Origin: Octopus sinensis
Taxonomy: Eukaryota
Length of the DNA: 64,000 bases
NCBI RefSeq assembly: GCF_006345805.1
Contig: NC_043013.1
Span: 49,476,001 to 49,540,000 of the forward strand
Direction of reading: 5' to 3'
Of the stretch, positions 11,791 to 25,303 are shown piece after piece (the first letter of the stretch is position 1; each line of letters opens with the position of its first letter). Position numbers and translations under genes: made by a program. The notes beneath the pieces were generated by a model that was given only the letters and a program-made list of their open reading frames with translations, did no database searches and was not told the DNA's origin.

Positions 11791-13065
11791 GAGGATCCTG
11801 GAATATTTTGTTTATGGGGATATATTATCCAAGCAGGCACCAGTTCTGCACTATCATCAATTGATATTTCTGCTTATTATTCATGTGCTTGTGTACCAAT
11901 GTTTATGGTTGGTTTGTTTGATTATTCTTAGTACTTTACACTTCTGAAAATCTAGTTGTCCCAATTGAGGTTTCTTCTTTTCGATATAGGAGAAATATAT
12001 TTCTTCACTGCCCACAAGGAGCTAAACATAGAGGGGACAAACAAGGACAGACAAATGGATTAAGTCGGTTACATTGACCCCAGTGTGTGGAGAAATAATT
12101 AATAGTTTAAAGTGAAACAGAGAATACACATAAAATATTCACTTTTTAATCATTGTGAAGTCATAAGTTTTTTTTTTTTTTATATAGATATATAAATAAA
12201 TGTGTGTGTGTCTCTGTGTCTGTGTTTGTCATCCCTCCTATCACTCAACAACCATCCCCATAACTTAGTGGTTCAGCAAAAGTGATTGATAGAATAAGTA
12301 CAAGGCTTGAAAAAATGAGTACAGGGGTCTATTCATTCAACTAATATTCTTCAAGGCAATGCCCCAGCATGTCCTCAGTCGAATGACTGAAACAAGTACA
12401 AGATAAAAGATAAAATGTGATAAATGTGTGTGTGTGTGTGTGTATCATTGCTACTATGTTAAACTGTCGTATGTCCAAATTTGGCCAAATGCATTATTTT
12501 CAATATTTATTTTTGCTTGCAATAGGCAGTTTTTTTTTTGGCCAAACTATTGTATCTCCAGCTGCTTCAGATGCCAAGATATGAAAAATTGTCCAAGTGT
12601 AGTATAAATGGTTTTGCTATGTAATAGTGAAACTGGTTTTTTGTTTTCTGAAAAAGCAACATTTTGGACTTACAACACTTTTGCATAATAGCAACAATAT
12701 GTATATATATCATCATCATCATCATCACCATCAATTTAATGTTCAGTCTCTCATATTTGTATGGGTTGAATGGAGTTTTTTTAAACAGATTTTCTAAAGT
12801 TGTACACCCTTCCTGTTGCCAATCCTCACCATGCTACATAATATTTCCCCATGGGCTGGCATGTTCTTACAGAATGGGTCAACCATTTTACAACTGTCAC
12901 ACAGTATATAAATTATCTTTTATAAAACTGTTATTTAAATTTATAACTGTTCCAACTCATAATAAATTCATTTTCAATCATGAGATATTATCATCGGATA
13001 TTATCAGCTAGTTTCTCATGGAAGACGTATATAAATGAATACACCACATACAGTTTTTATACATA

Positions 13066-13462
13066 TCTTTATATATAAAAGTCAAGTTGTGTGTCTGTCT
13101 CCTACAATTTAGATTCCTAACTACTCCCACATTTTGCGATGCAGTTTAACCAAAAGCGGGTATCTTATAGTCGTGATTCATATCGAGCCCTTCTGGGTAT
13201 TAGCACGCGTCTACGATGAGTCTACGATTTAAAAAAAATTTACCATCATTTTTTTCCATTTTAATGCATTTTTTTCGCTATTATATAAGGGAAGTAACTC
13301 TCTAAAAATGTCTACGATGAGTCAACGATTTAAAAAAAAATTTACCATAATTTTTTTTCCATTTTTAATGCATTTTTTGCTATTTTTTGGCTATAACTCT
13401 CTAAAAATGCTTATATAGTTATTTCCCTTACAAACCCGAGCAACGCCAGGCGATACTGCTAG
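13066..13462 (+). mobile_element. Non-autonomous Helitron family H2
   Basis: A|TC 5' end (TCTTTATATATAAAAG), subterminal hairpin CCCGAGCAACGCCAGG, CTAG|T 3' end, no TSD, internal ~100 bp-period direct repeat; near-identical to 16858-17250. Confidence 0.85.
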
Positions 13463-14072
13463 TTTTGTATAAATTTACCTCGTTTGATAGATGCTAGAAC
13501 CTCTGTTTCAAATGGAGAAATTTGAGCAGGTTGTTACTGAATTTTTTTGCCTTTTTATGTATCAAGAATCGTATTATCGATGGTATTTAAAAGAAAAACA
13601 AAACTATCATCCTGCTGTTTGTTTCTGCAGAATTAAGCGACATTTTCTGACAACAGAATCAGTTAAGAGATGGATTTGAAGGTATCTCTTCATTGTTAAT
13701 AATGGCCAGAAGGATAAACATCCCTCTGTGATTCATCCAATTCTACAGTATCGCCTAATGAAATGGATCAATGATGATGCCCACAGATAATATGGACTAT
13801 ACTGTACTAATCCCAAGGATACTGACTCTGATGTCAAAATCATCTGATCTGTGGAAATATATGTAGCGATGTATTAAATATTTATAAACTCCATCCTGGT
13901 ATTATTGTTGTTATTATTATATTTATCACACATTATATCGGTATAATTATATGATGCAACCCTGAAAATCATTAAACGGTAACCAGCATAATGAAATAGG
14001 AGCTTTATTTTGCATACCCCTAACATTACCTAAATGAATTTATAAGATATATATGAATATATGAATATATGA

Positions 14073-14132
<60 letters not shown>

Positions 14133-14662
14133 TATATGTATGTATATGTATGTATATGTATATATATACAGCAGACTTCTTTCAGTTTTCATCTACCAAA
14201 ACCCACTCACAAGGCTTTGGTTGGCCTAAGGCTGTAGTAGAAGACAGTTGCCCGAGATGCCACACAGGAGACTGAATCCGGAACCATGTGGTTGGAAAGC
14301 AAACTCCTTGCCACACAGTCATGCCTGCACCTAAATATATCTCATCATAATGCAAATACAATCATCAGTGATACCCAGGCTGTATTGGAGAAAGCAAGCT
14401 ACTGGATCTACTCAAAAAGAGATGATGAACAATAGCTAGAAGAATATTGAATGAAGTCTGTTGACGAGTTCATCTAGAAAGTGGGGCTTCTCAGTGAGGG
14501 CAGCCAATGCGTAATAATGCTGTTGAGAAGAAGGCCTCAAAATGGCGTGCATTTTCTCCTGACCTCATAACACTATAAGCCTGCTAATGTCTGGTATACA
14601 GAACTTTCAGAACTTTCAACTGGTAGCACTTGCATCAACAAGTTGTTTGCAAATAATTTATA

Positions 14663-14721
<59 letters not shown>

Positions 14722-16051
14722 CGGAGATGTACTTGCATAGCAAGTCAGCACAAAGTTTTGTCAGTGAACAGGTCGCGGCCTCAAAGCGACTAAAATATTT
14801 TGACAAATTAAATTTAAATGTTGAAGTGAATCTAACGGTTTTTGTGTGTTTCTTAAATGGCTCATAAACACCTTCCATGCTGCAACTGTTTATATATATA
14901 ATTTTTTTTCAGAATGAGATAAAAAACCAAGGCTGTGAAGTTTTTAGAACTTGCATAATCACTGAACCTGGAGCTTAACTATGGACTGTCCATAGCACTT
15001 ACTCAGCATTACCTGACACCTTTGGGTCTCCTTAACACCATTACCTCTCATAACCTATATATATATATATATATATACATATACACACACACATGTATAC
15101 ATTTATATATATGTATATACACTCATATACATACATACATGTAAATATATATACATATATAAAAGTATTTATATATATATATATATAGGTATATATATAG
15201 ATATATATACACATGTATTTCTATACATTTACAGAAACACAGTTATGTATGCATGCATGTATGTATGTATCATTAAGTTTAGACATTCCTATAATTACTG
15301 ATTTTACAAACTTCAAATATTATTGACTTTTTTTTTACATTTTCGATTAAAAATTGAAATCTATATAGCCAAGTACATTATTAAAAAAATAATGTTATTT
15401 GAATACAAAATTAAATCAGCTCTAAGTAAACTATTAAGTAAATGTTTTAGGTAGTCTCTCCATTTGTTAAGATATAATTCATACAAAATATAATCGAAAA
15501 ATAGTTTTAAAAAAGTCCGCAATAATAGCATTTTTACACTTACATTTCTGTAGAACTCAACACCCAAGTAAAAAACAGACAATATGAAAAGAGCAAACTG
15601 TTAGTATTTTCTTCTGTCACAAAACTCCAGCTACAGCTCAAATATTAAAACTGTTGGACTTCAAAATACACATAAATTGATGCTATAAAACTTTGTGTGC
15701 TACTAAGTGTGCTAATGAAAACTGGCTCTTTGGACAGGAAAGAACTACTTCTCTACGAACGATGGGAAGTATACAAAGGATTTGCTTATTAGTGAATTTC
15801 AAGTACCAAGTATTCCTACATATACGTTTAGTATGCATAAAATTATAAATCCCAATAGAATATGGATATTAGGTTAGCATTTCCATTATATTTGCTTTTT
15901 ACTATCTGCTGACTGACCATCTGTGTATGATGAACATCTATACAATAAAAACTTGGGAAAATTTGATTTCATTGTAATCAGAATTTTCTAGAAGTGTCTG
16001 AGTGCTCCTCTATCAAATAGGTTGATAGAACCTTGGAAATTCATTCACATA

Positions 16052-16216
16052 GGCGCAGGAGTGGCTGTGTGGTAAGTAGCTTGCTTACCAACCACATGGT
16101 TCCGGGTTCAGTCCCACTGCATGGCATCTTGGGCAAGTGTCTTCTGCTATAGCCCCGGGCCGACCAATGCCTTGTGAGTGGATTTGGTAGACGGAAACTG
16201 AAAGAAGCCTGCCGTA

Positions 16217-16285
<69 letters not shown>

Positions 16286-16504
16286 ATATGTTTGTGTGTC
16301 TGTGTTTGTCCCCCTAGCATTGCTTGACAACCGATGTTGGTGTGTTTACGTCCCCATCACTTAGCAGTTCAGCAAAAGAGACTGATAGAATAAGTACTGG
16401 GCTTACAAAGAATAAGTTCCAGGGTCGATTTTGCTCGACTAAAGGCGGTGCTCCAGCATGGCTGCAGTCAAATGACTGAAGCAAGTAAAAGAGTAAAGAG
16501 AGAG
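16052..16504 (+). mobile_element. SINE family A, full length
   Basis: GGCGCAGGAGTGGCTGTGTGG head, GGTTCAGTCCC B box, internal (TA)n, GTAAAAGAGTAAAGAG tail. Confidence 0.95.
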
Positions 16505-16857
16505 TATGGCACCACCACCACCACCACCACTATCACTATCATTGTCATCATCATTTACCATTCCTGCTCCATGCTGGCATGGGTTGGACTAGATTATAAA
16601 TATCTAAGACTATTAATATCTAACACTGACACAAGCCTGCGTATTTGGACTGGTTCTGTCAATCAAATTAAGGCCAAGACATTTCTGGTTTTTCTAACAA
16701 ACCTGAAAGAGAGAAACAAGAAGTTGAGTTCAATACTAGAATTTTAAATAACTGGAAACTACCAAACTTCTCTCTGAACCCTTTCAACAGTTCATAAACT
16801 TCATTTCGTTGTTGCTTTTAGTATTGACTAATTTTACTTAACATACTCAATAGAAAA

Positions 16858-17250
16858 TCTTTATATATAAAAGTGAAGTTGTGTGTCTGTCTCCTACGAT
16901 TTAGATTCCTAACTACTCCCACATTTTGCGGTGCAGTTTAACCAAAAGCGGGTATCTTATAGTCGTGATTCATATCGAGCCCTTCTGGGTATTAGCGCGC
17001 GTCTACAATGAGTCTACGATTTAAAAAAAAATTTACCATCATTTTTTTCCATTTTAATGCATTTTTTCGCTATTAATAAGAGAAGTAACTCTCTAAAAAT
17101 GTCTACGATGAGTCAACGATTTAAAAAAAAATTACCATCATTTTTTTCCATTTTAATGCATTTTTTTGCTATTTTTGGCTATAACTCTCTAAAAATGCTT
17201 ATATAGTTATTTCCCTTACAAACCCGAGCAACGCCGGGCGATACTGCTAG
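16858..17250 (+). mobile_element. Non-autonomous Helitron family H2
   Basis: A|TC...CCCGAGCAACGCCGGGCGATACTGCTAG|T. Confidence 0.87.
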
Positions 17251-18211
17251 TATTTTATAAAAATGTATAAAAATTTCCATGAATGTCATCTTAGAAAAGA
17301 AAACAGTGAAATCCGAAGAAATTAATGATAATCTATGAAGAAGATTAAAAGTTTAACATCTGAAGACCACCCTTTACACTTTTGTTTTTTCTCACATGTA
17401 TATGAGCTTATTCAACTTTTGAATTGCTTATAGGATGTTAGAATTCTTGGAAAATATCGGTTTCAAATTTTGGCCTAAGGCCAACAAGTTTGAGGATGGG
17501 GTTAAGTCAATTACATTAACCCCAGCGCTCAGCTGGTACTTATTTTATCAATCTCAAAAGGATGAAAGGCAAGGATGACCTCAGCAGAATTTGAATTATT
17601 GGAAAATATTGAGTGTTGTATGACATTATAAAAGACAAATCTCAAATTACTGCAGCTAGAATTTCCTTTCCAAAAGAATACCATTCATACCATATTTTCA
17701 AAAGAAACCAAAGTTTTTACTGACCATTAAAACAGACAACAATATTTGTATATAGATATGTGTATGGTGTATATAAGGGGTTATGATCCAAACTATGTCC
17801 TTATGAAACATATCTGCACATTCATATTAATCCAATGTATATGTAGTGATGTTTTATTTTAAATGGAAAAACGCATAACAATTGGTTAGATCGACATGGA
17901 TACATTTTTAATTCCAGATTTTTCTGCAAAATAAGGATAGTTTATCCTGTTTATGCTATATTATTAGCATTATCCTGCATTTGAGAATAAAATTATTTCC
18001 GTATTTGTATATATATGCACATATATATGTGTGTGTGTGTATGTGTGTGTGTGTGTGTATACACAGACACACATGTATGTATGTATAGACATATATATAC
18101 ACATATGTATATACATACATATATATATACACATGGATATATTATACATACACATATGTACATATATACATATACATATATATATATATATATTTATACA
18201 TCCATATGTAA

Positions 18212-18443
18212 AGGCGGTGAGCTGGCAGAAACGTTAGCACGCTGGGCAAAATGCATAGCCATGTTTCGTCTGCCGTTACGTTCTGAGTTCAAATTCCGCC
18301 ATGGTCGACTTTGCCTTTCATCCTTTTGGGATTGATAAATTAAGTACCAGTTACACACTGGAGTCGATGTAATCGACTTAATCCGTTTGTCTGTCCTTGT
18401 TTGTCCCCTCTGTGTTTAGCCCCTTGTGGGCAGTACAGAAATA
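18212..18443 (+). mobile_element. SINE family B, full length
   Basis: AGGCGGTGAGCTGGCAGAA head, GAGTTCAAATTCC B box, GTCGACTTTGCCTTTCATCCTTT body, AGCCCCTTGTGGG..GAAATA tail. Confidence 0.9.
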
Positions 18444-18754
18444 TATACATACATATTTAAATGTGTGTGTTTATGTATATATATATATATATATATATCA
18501 AAGGAAAGGATGGATCAAAGGTCATTCCCAAGCCATAGCTTCATAAGGTCAGTTTTCTTGGTCTTGTGATGTATACATTCCTCCAATTGATTGGAAGTTG
18601 GTCCTTCATAGGATTACATACTTTCACTAGCAGGGGGGGAATGGAGCAACGTAAAGTTTTGCTCAGGAACACCAAGTACCACCAGGTTCAAGAATTGAAA
18701 CCACAATCTTTCAGTGATGAGTACAAGCCCTAGCTACTAGCCCTCAAGCCTCCA

Positions 18755-18766
18755 CACGCATGCACA

Positions 18767-18808
<42 letters not shown>

Positions 18809-18982
18809 TACACACACACACACACACAAATACACACACACGCGTGCACACACACACACACATGCACAAACACATGCACAAACACACACACATGCACAAA
18901 CACATGCACACACACAAACACACACACAAATACACACACACGCATAAATACACACACACATAAATACACACACAGATGCACA

Positions 18983-19013
<31 letters not shown>
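18755..19013. repeat. Compound (CA)n microsatellite
   Basis: CA runs with periodic AAAT/TG interruptions. Confidence 0.95.
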
Positions 19014-19016
<3 letters not shown>

Positions 19017-19505
19017 TATAACGTTATGTATGCAGGCACGTACATAGGTTGCAAAGTGAGAGATGTCTGACTGCTATTTGTAGCAGGTCAAGCAACTGTT
19101 TGTTTGTTTCTCCTTTTTCTTCTTGTTATCAACACTGATAAAAGTTCTCCAAACTTGTCCCCACCCATTTCTATGCCTAGGATTTATAAATATCACATGA
19201 ATGCATTTGAGTACTAATTGCATTAACTAGTTGGCTTGGCTTCAAGCTCTTGCTTGATGGGGCTGGGGGTCATTCCAAGTTAGTGATCCCAGAGGCGTCA
19301 TGAAGTGTAGTGCCAACTCGGTCCACCAGTGCTCTCCATCTCTGGCAGTCCTGTGTCAGACCTTCTGCATCCTCCAAGGTGACATGAATGCCCTGAAGAT
19401 CTTCCCCCAATCACATCCATTCATCTGGTGTGGGGCTTTCCTGAGGGTTTCTTCCAGCCTGCAGCTGCTGTGTTGAATGAAAATAATGCCGATTATTTAG
19501 TCATC

Positions 19506-19713
19506 CTTTTACTCTTTTACTTGTTTCAGTCATTTGACTGCGGCCATGCTGGAGCACCGCCTTTTAGTCGAGCAAATCAACACCGGGACTTATTCTTTGT
19601 AAGCCCAGTACTTATTCTATCGGTCTCTTTTGCCGAACTGCTAAGTGACGTAAACACACCAGCATCGGTTGTCAAGCAATGCTAGGGGGACAAACACAGA
19701 CACACAAACACAT

Positions 19714-19750
<37 letters not shown>

Positions 19751-19911
19751 CATATATACGACAGGCTTCTTTCAGTTTTCCGTCTACCAAATCCACTCAC
19801 AAGGCATTGGTCGGCCCGGGGCTATAGCAGAAGACACTTGCCCAAGGTGCCACGCAGTGGGACTGAACCCGGAACCATGTGGTTGGTTATCAAGCTACTT
19901 ACCACACAGCC
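19506..19911 (-). mobile_element. SINE family A
   Basis: Reverse-complement match from tail to head. Confidence 0.92.
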
Positions 19912-20043
19912 TTCTGAAATGTTGTGAACTTCATTTCATGTGCATTTGTCACATTAAACTTCTGTTTATATGACATTTAGTCAGGCATCTTTTGTTGTAC
20001 TAAGAACAGAGTACTGAGTTTATACCGAATTCATATATATTAA

Positions 20044-20246
20044 CCCTTTAGCATTTGAACCAGCTGGATCTGGCCCAAATATTCTACCTGTTTTTATGTT
20101 CAAACTGGTCAGATCTGGTCTCTCTTACATTTATTCTACAATGTTATTCTAAAAATAAGCAATCACATCATCAAAATCTTGAAGACATGAGATTAATGTG
20201 AACAAATAAGCTTTACATCTGATAAAATAATCTGAATGCTAAAGGG
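20044..20246. mobile_element. piggyBac-type MITE
   Basis: 12-bp TIR CCCTTTAGCATT / AATGCTAAAGGG; TTAA on the left, degenerate TCAG on the right. Confidence 0.7.
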
Positions 20247-20358
20247 TCAGGCAAAATCATTCTTAAGGGGCAGAAACTTTTTTTGTGCTCCACATTACTC
20301 TTTTAGAATTTAAGTTCTGCCAGCATAAGTAGTCGTTCACAGAACGTTTTCCACATAC

Positions 20359-20359
<1 letters not shown>

Positions 20360-20391
<32 letters not shown>

Positions 20392-20451
20392 TGTATGTAT
20401 GTATGTATGTATGTATTTATGTATGTATGTATGTATGTATGTATATGTGTG

Positions 20452-20484
<33 letters not shown>

Positions 20485-20515
20485 ATATGTATATATATAT
20501 ATATTTATGTATGTG

Positions 20516-20546
<31 letters not shown>

Positions 20547-20603
20547 ATGTGTGTGTGTATATATATATATGTATGTGTATATATATATATATATGTATGT
20601 GTG

Positions 20604-20636
<33 letters not shown>

Positions 20637-20645
20637 ACATACATA
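20360..20645. repeat. Compound (TATG)n/(TA)n/(TG)n microsatellite
   Basis: Directly visible; source of several spurious ORFs. Confidence 0.95.
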
Positions 20646-21889
20646 CAAACAAACAAATAACGGGCTTCTTTCAGTTTCTGTCTACCAAATTCACTCACAA
20701 GTCTTTGCTCAGCTCAAGGCTATTTTTGAAGAACACCTACCCAAGGTACCATACAGTGGTACTGAACCCTGTACCATGCAATTGGGAAGCAAGCTTCTTA
20801 TCATGCAGCCATGCCTGTGCCTTACAGCTAAAAACACCCATGTACCTATTTTGCATGAAGCCCTTCATCACTGAAAGGCCACTACATACATTGTACATTT
20901 GCTATTTGCATTTGTACACAGCATATAGTTCATACCATCTCTTTTTTCTACATGTCAAGTATAGGCACTTCATAGATGGCGGCAAAACTATTTTGTTTTT
21001 TCATACTTATTAAAACCTTCCTCTTTCCTATACTAACCTTCTGGCCTCTCAATTCCAAGCTTTGCTTCTATATTTTAAAGCCAAGTCATATCAATATAAA
21101 ATAATAACTAAAAACTCTCAAATTTATGGTTATGATAAAAATAGTTTTTGAAATATAAATATTATAAAAATAAAACTTAATGCAAAAGATATTTGGGCAG
21201 AATAATTTTAATCTGATTAAATTATTATATTGACATTTCCATTTCCTTTTACAAAGCCCTGCTATTCTTGATAAAACTAAATAGCATGAAAATATCTTAA
21301 AACACAGCATGTTGTTCTAACAATTGCCACTTCACAATTTAGTAAACACACCATCCTTTTACAAGTGCTCTTCACCAAGAGTATGCAATCTAAGATTTCA
21401 TATGTCTAATATAAGATTGCAAGAGGCAACATAAAAATAATACACTTAATGAAATCAGACGTTTATTAGTAAGTATATACATCCTTAAAATATATACAAC
21501 TGAGTGAACAGACTTTTACACACATTTTTTTCTACACTAGTGTCAATTATAAATTTGGATATGCCATTTTTAACAGCAACTAAATCACTATAAAGCTAAA
21601 TCAGTTTCATTTTTGATATCTAAAGGCAAGTGAACTTGCCTATAAAGCAGAGAAGCAGCATCCAAGCCTCCATTTAATCAAGACAAAATATCAATGAATA
21701 TTCTATAGAATTTGATCAATAGTCATCAGGAAAATTATTGGCCATATACCTAGAATAAAATCAATGACAAAAATTAACATCTTCCCCAAACATTAGAATA
21801 ATGATATATTCTCACAGAAATTGAATATGTATCCAGCTTTAGAAAATTTGAATGTTTACAAATACATTCTTGAGAATTATTAGTTTATA

Positions 21890-22052
21890 GGTGTAGGAGT
21901 GGCTGTGTGGTAAGTAGCTTGCTTATGAACCACATGGTTCTGAGTTCAGTCCCATTGCGTGGCACCTTGGGCAAGTGTCTTCTGCTATAGCCTCGGGCCA
22001 ACCAAAGCCTTGTGAGTGGATTTGGTAGACGGAAACTGAAAGAAGCCCGTCG

Positions 22053-22089
<37 letters not shown>

Positions 22090-22320
22090 ATGCGTGTGTA
22101 TATGTTTGTGTGTGTCTGTGTTTGTCCCCCCAACATCGCTTGACAACCGATGATGGTGTGTTTATGTCCCCATAACTTAGTGGTTCGGCAAAAGAGACCG
22201 ATAGAATAAGTACTAGGCTTACAAAGAATAAGTCCTGGGGTCGATTTGCTTTTACTAAAGGCGGTGCTCCAGCATGGCCACAGTCAAATGACTGAAACAA
22301 GTAAAAGAGAAAAAAGAGTA
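21890..22320 (+). mobile_element. SINE family A, full length
   Basis: Head GGTGTAGGAGTGGCTGTGTGG through tail GTAAAAGAG. Confidence 0.93.
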
Positions 22321-23162
22321 ATATGAAATGAATGCTGATACTACTTCTCACATATGAGGAAAATGGTAAACGAAAGTTAAAGAACTATATTACTTGTAAT
22401 TTGCACATTATGATTATCTAAACTATCTACAATAAAAGTATTTACAGAATTATTAATTTTGCTATTTATATTCATATAACAAAATAATCATACTACACAT
22501 TAAGGAGCATATGAATTAATTAGTTCTTCATAAAAAAAAAACCGGTATTTCTAAACTTGTTCTAAAACAATTTTTACTTCCAAGAGAGAACATAAAATGC
22601 TAAAGAATTACAATTCCAATTTAGATGAATATCATTCAGCTTCAGAGCAGTCAGAACCATGCATGCTGTCTTAGTTACCTCAGTGAATATCTTGAACAAT
22701 TCAGCACTTGAAATACTATATTTAAATGGCAACATATCAAATCTATTTCACCATGAAGTCTTAAAATCTTATAATTAATTTCAGAATATAAGGTTTTCAA
22801 ATTCATTCAAGACCTTAGTTAAAACATTGGTAAAGGCTCTTTTATGCCACAGATATTAATGCTTGTATAATAAATTCTATGAGATATAGATATAGGAGGA
22901 ATATGAGTCAGTCACAAACCACTTAACGTGGAACATTAGCTTGTGTGAGCTAGCAAAGCAGCTATGCTTTAAAAACATCAACCAAACATGCAGAAAAGCA
23001 ACTATATGTAATACAGATATGTAATATTAGAAAGTTGGGAAAAAATTACTTAGCAAGAAAAGGAGACATCAGAACTTCAGATATGGGTATAACGGCAATT
23101 AAAATGACACATGGTCAAAAACTGTTGATAAATCAACTTAGACTTCAGATATGGGTATATAT

Positions 23163-23564
23163 TCTTTTACTCTTTTACTTGCTTCAGTCATTTGACTGCG
23201 GCCATGCTGGAGCACCGCCTTTAGTCGAGCAAATCGACCCCAGGACTTATTCTTTGTAAGCCCAGTATTTATTCTATCAGTTTCTTTTGCTGAACTGCTA
23301 AGTGACGGGGACGTAAACACACCAGCATCGGTTGTCAAGCAATGCTAGGGGGACAAACACAAACATACACGCACACACATATATATATATATACATATAT
23401 ACGACAGGCTTCTTTCAGTTTCCATCTACCAAATCCACTCACAAGGCATTGGTCGGCCCGGGGCTATAGCAGAAGACACTTGCCCAAGTTGCCACGCAGT
23501 GGGACTGAACCCGGAACCATGTGGTTGGTTAGCAAGCTACTTACCACACAGCCACTCCTGCGCC
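23163..23564 (-). mobile_element. SINE family A, full length
   Basis: Reverse-complement match ending CAGCCACTCCTGCGCC. Confidence 0.93.
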
Positions 23565-24115
23565 TATGGCAATTAAAATGACACATGATCAAAAACTGTT
23601 GATAAATCAACTTGCAGATTTCTCATTCAAACTCTACCAGCATTTAAAAATGGATATTAGAACACTGATAATGAAGAGGGGGATGGAAACATATGTTTTC
23701 TCTCTCTCTGTTGCTTTTCTTGTTAAACTTTTCCTAATCTATTCGTGGTAACATTAGTGTGGTGGTCGTTTTTGAAAATTATGAAGACTGGTTACCATGT
23801 CGTTTAAAATAATATAATGATTTTAAGGGGGATATGGCTGCTATTCCTGGTAAGTCAACTATACATAGCTGCTTGTTTTATAGTAGTATAAATTTTAACT
23901 TGTGGAGTACATGATAAGAGTGCATGCAAGCATACATGCATGCACACGCACACACACACAGACACACATGCACACACACACATGCACACGCACACACACA
24001 CAAACACATGCACACACACACGCACACACGCACACACACACATGCACATAGGCCCCTGTATTTTACCATCAATGCATACATACATAACATTTGCATGTTA
24101 TATAGGAGTTATATA

Positions 24116-24280
24116 GGCGCAGGAGTGGCTGTGTGGTAAGTAGCTTGCTTACCAACCATATGGTTCTGGGTTCAGTCCCACTGCGTGGCACCTTGGGCAA
24201 GTGTCTTCTACTATAGCCTCAGGCTGACCAAAGCCTTGTAAGTGGATTTGGTAGACGGAAACTGAAAGAAGCCCGTCGTA

Positions 24281-24314
<34 letters not shown>

Positions 24315-24524
24315 CATGTGTTTGTGTGTCTGTGTTTGTCCCCCTAGCATTGCTTGACAACCGATGCTGGTGTGTTTATATCCCCGTCACTTAGCAGTTC
24401 GGCAAAAGAGACCGATAGAATAAGTACTAGGCTTACAAAAGAATAAGTCCCGGAGTCGAGTTGCTCGATTTAAGGTGGTGCTCCAGCATGGTCGCACTCA
24501 AATGACTGAAACAAGTAAAAGAGT
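24116..24524 (+). mobile_element. SINE family A, full length
   Basis: GGCGCAGGAG head to GTAAAAGAGTA tail. Confidence 0.93.
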
Positions 24525-24934
24525 ATATGATCACTCTGGATATGATCCTCCACAAATAACGATATATTCCTGTAATGCTTATTTCTTGTAATACAGTGTT
24601 TTCCTATTTCTCCCACATTTTTCATGAAGTCTGTTTGGGACCAGTGCAATACCATCCTCATATACGTTTACAGGCATTATTGTTTTGTAATAAATACATG
24701 ATTATTATTATTTAGGTAAGTAGTTGAAGAGCTACAAAACTTTTAAGATTTTAAATGAAATAATTAAGTTAATAGACATTTTCGTTATTGGTTTCAAATT
24801 TTAGCACAGGGCCAACAATTTTAGGGAAGAGGCTAAGTCGATTACACTGACCCCAGTGCTCAACTGCTTCTTATTTTATAGACCCTGAAAGGATGAAAAG
24901 CAAAGCTGACCACAACAGAATTTGAACTCAGAAC

Positions 24935-25303
24935 TCAAAATCAAAATCAAAATCGATCGACATCAATGGAAATTGTAGCTGTGATACCAGTGCCGGTGGC
25001 ACATAAGAGAACCATCTGAATGTGGCCGTTGCCAGCGCTGCCCCAACTGGCCTCCGTGCTGGTGGCACGTAAAAAGCACCAATCTGATCGTGGCCGTTGC
25101 CAGCCTTGCCTGGCACCTGTGCTGGTAGCACGTAAAAAGCACCCACTACACTCACGGAGTGGTTGGCGTTAGGAAGGGCATCAAGCTGTAGAAACACTGC
25201 CAAATCAGACTGGGCCTGGTGCAGCCTTCTGGCTTCCCAGACCCCAGTTAAACCGTCCAACCCATGCTAGCATGGAAAGCGGACGTTAAACAATGATGAG
25301 GAT
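24935..25303 (+). mobile_element. Family C retroelement, apparently full length, nested in an old family B SINE (about 24790-25377, minus strand)
   Basis: Starts with (TCAAAA)3, has three GTG(C)..G(T)GGCAC..AAAAAGCACC-type modules, ends ACGTTAAACAATGATGAGGAT; GAAC on both sides; family B sequence resumes afterwards. Confidence 0.82.

Noticed and set aside
17970-20874. Many ORFs rich in CV/YI/HT repeats (also at 42545-44121 and elsewhere)
   Set aside because: They are translations of (TG)n, (TA)n and (CA)n microsatellites.
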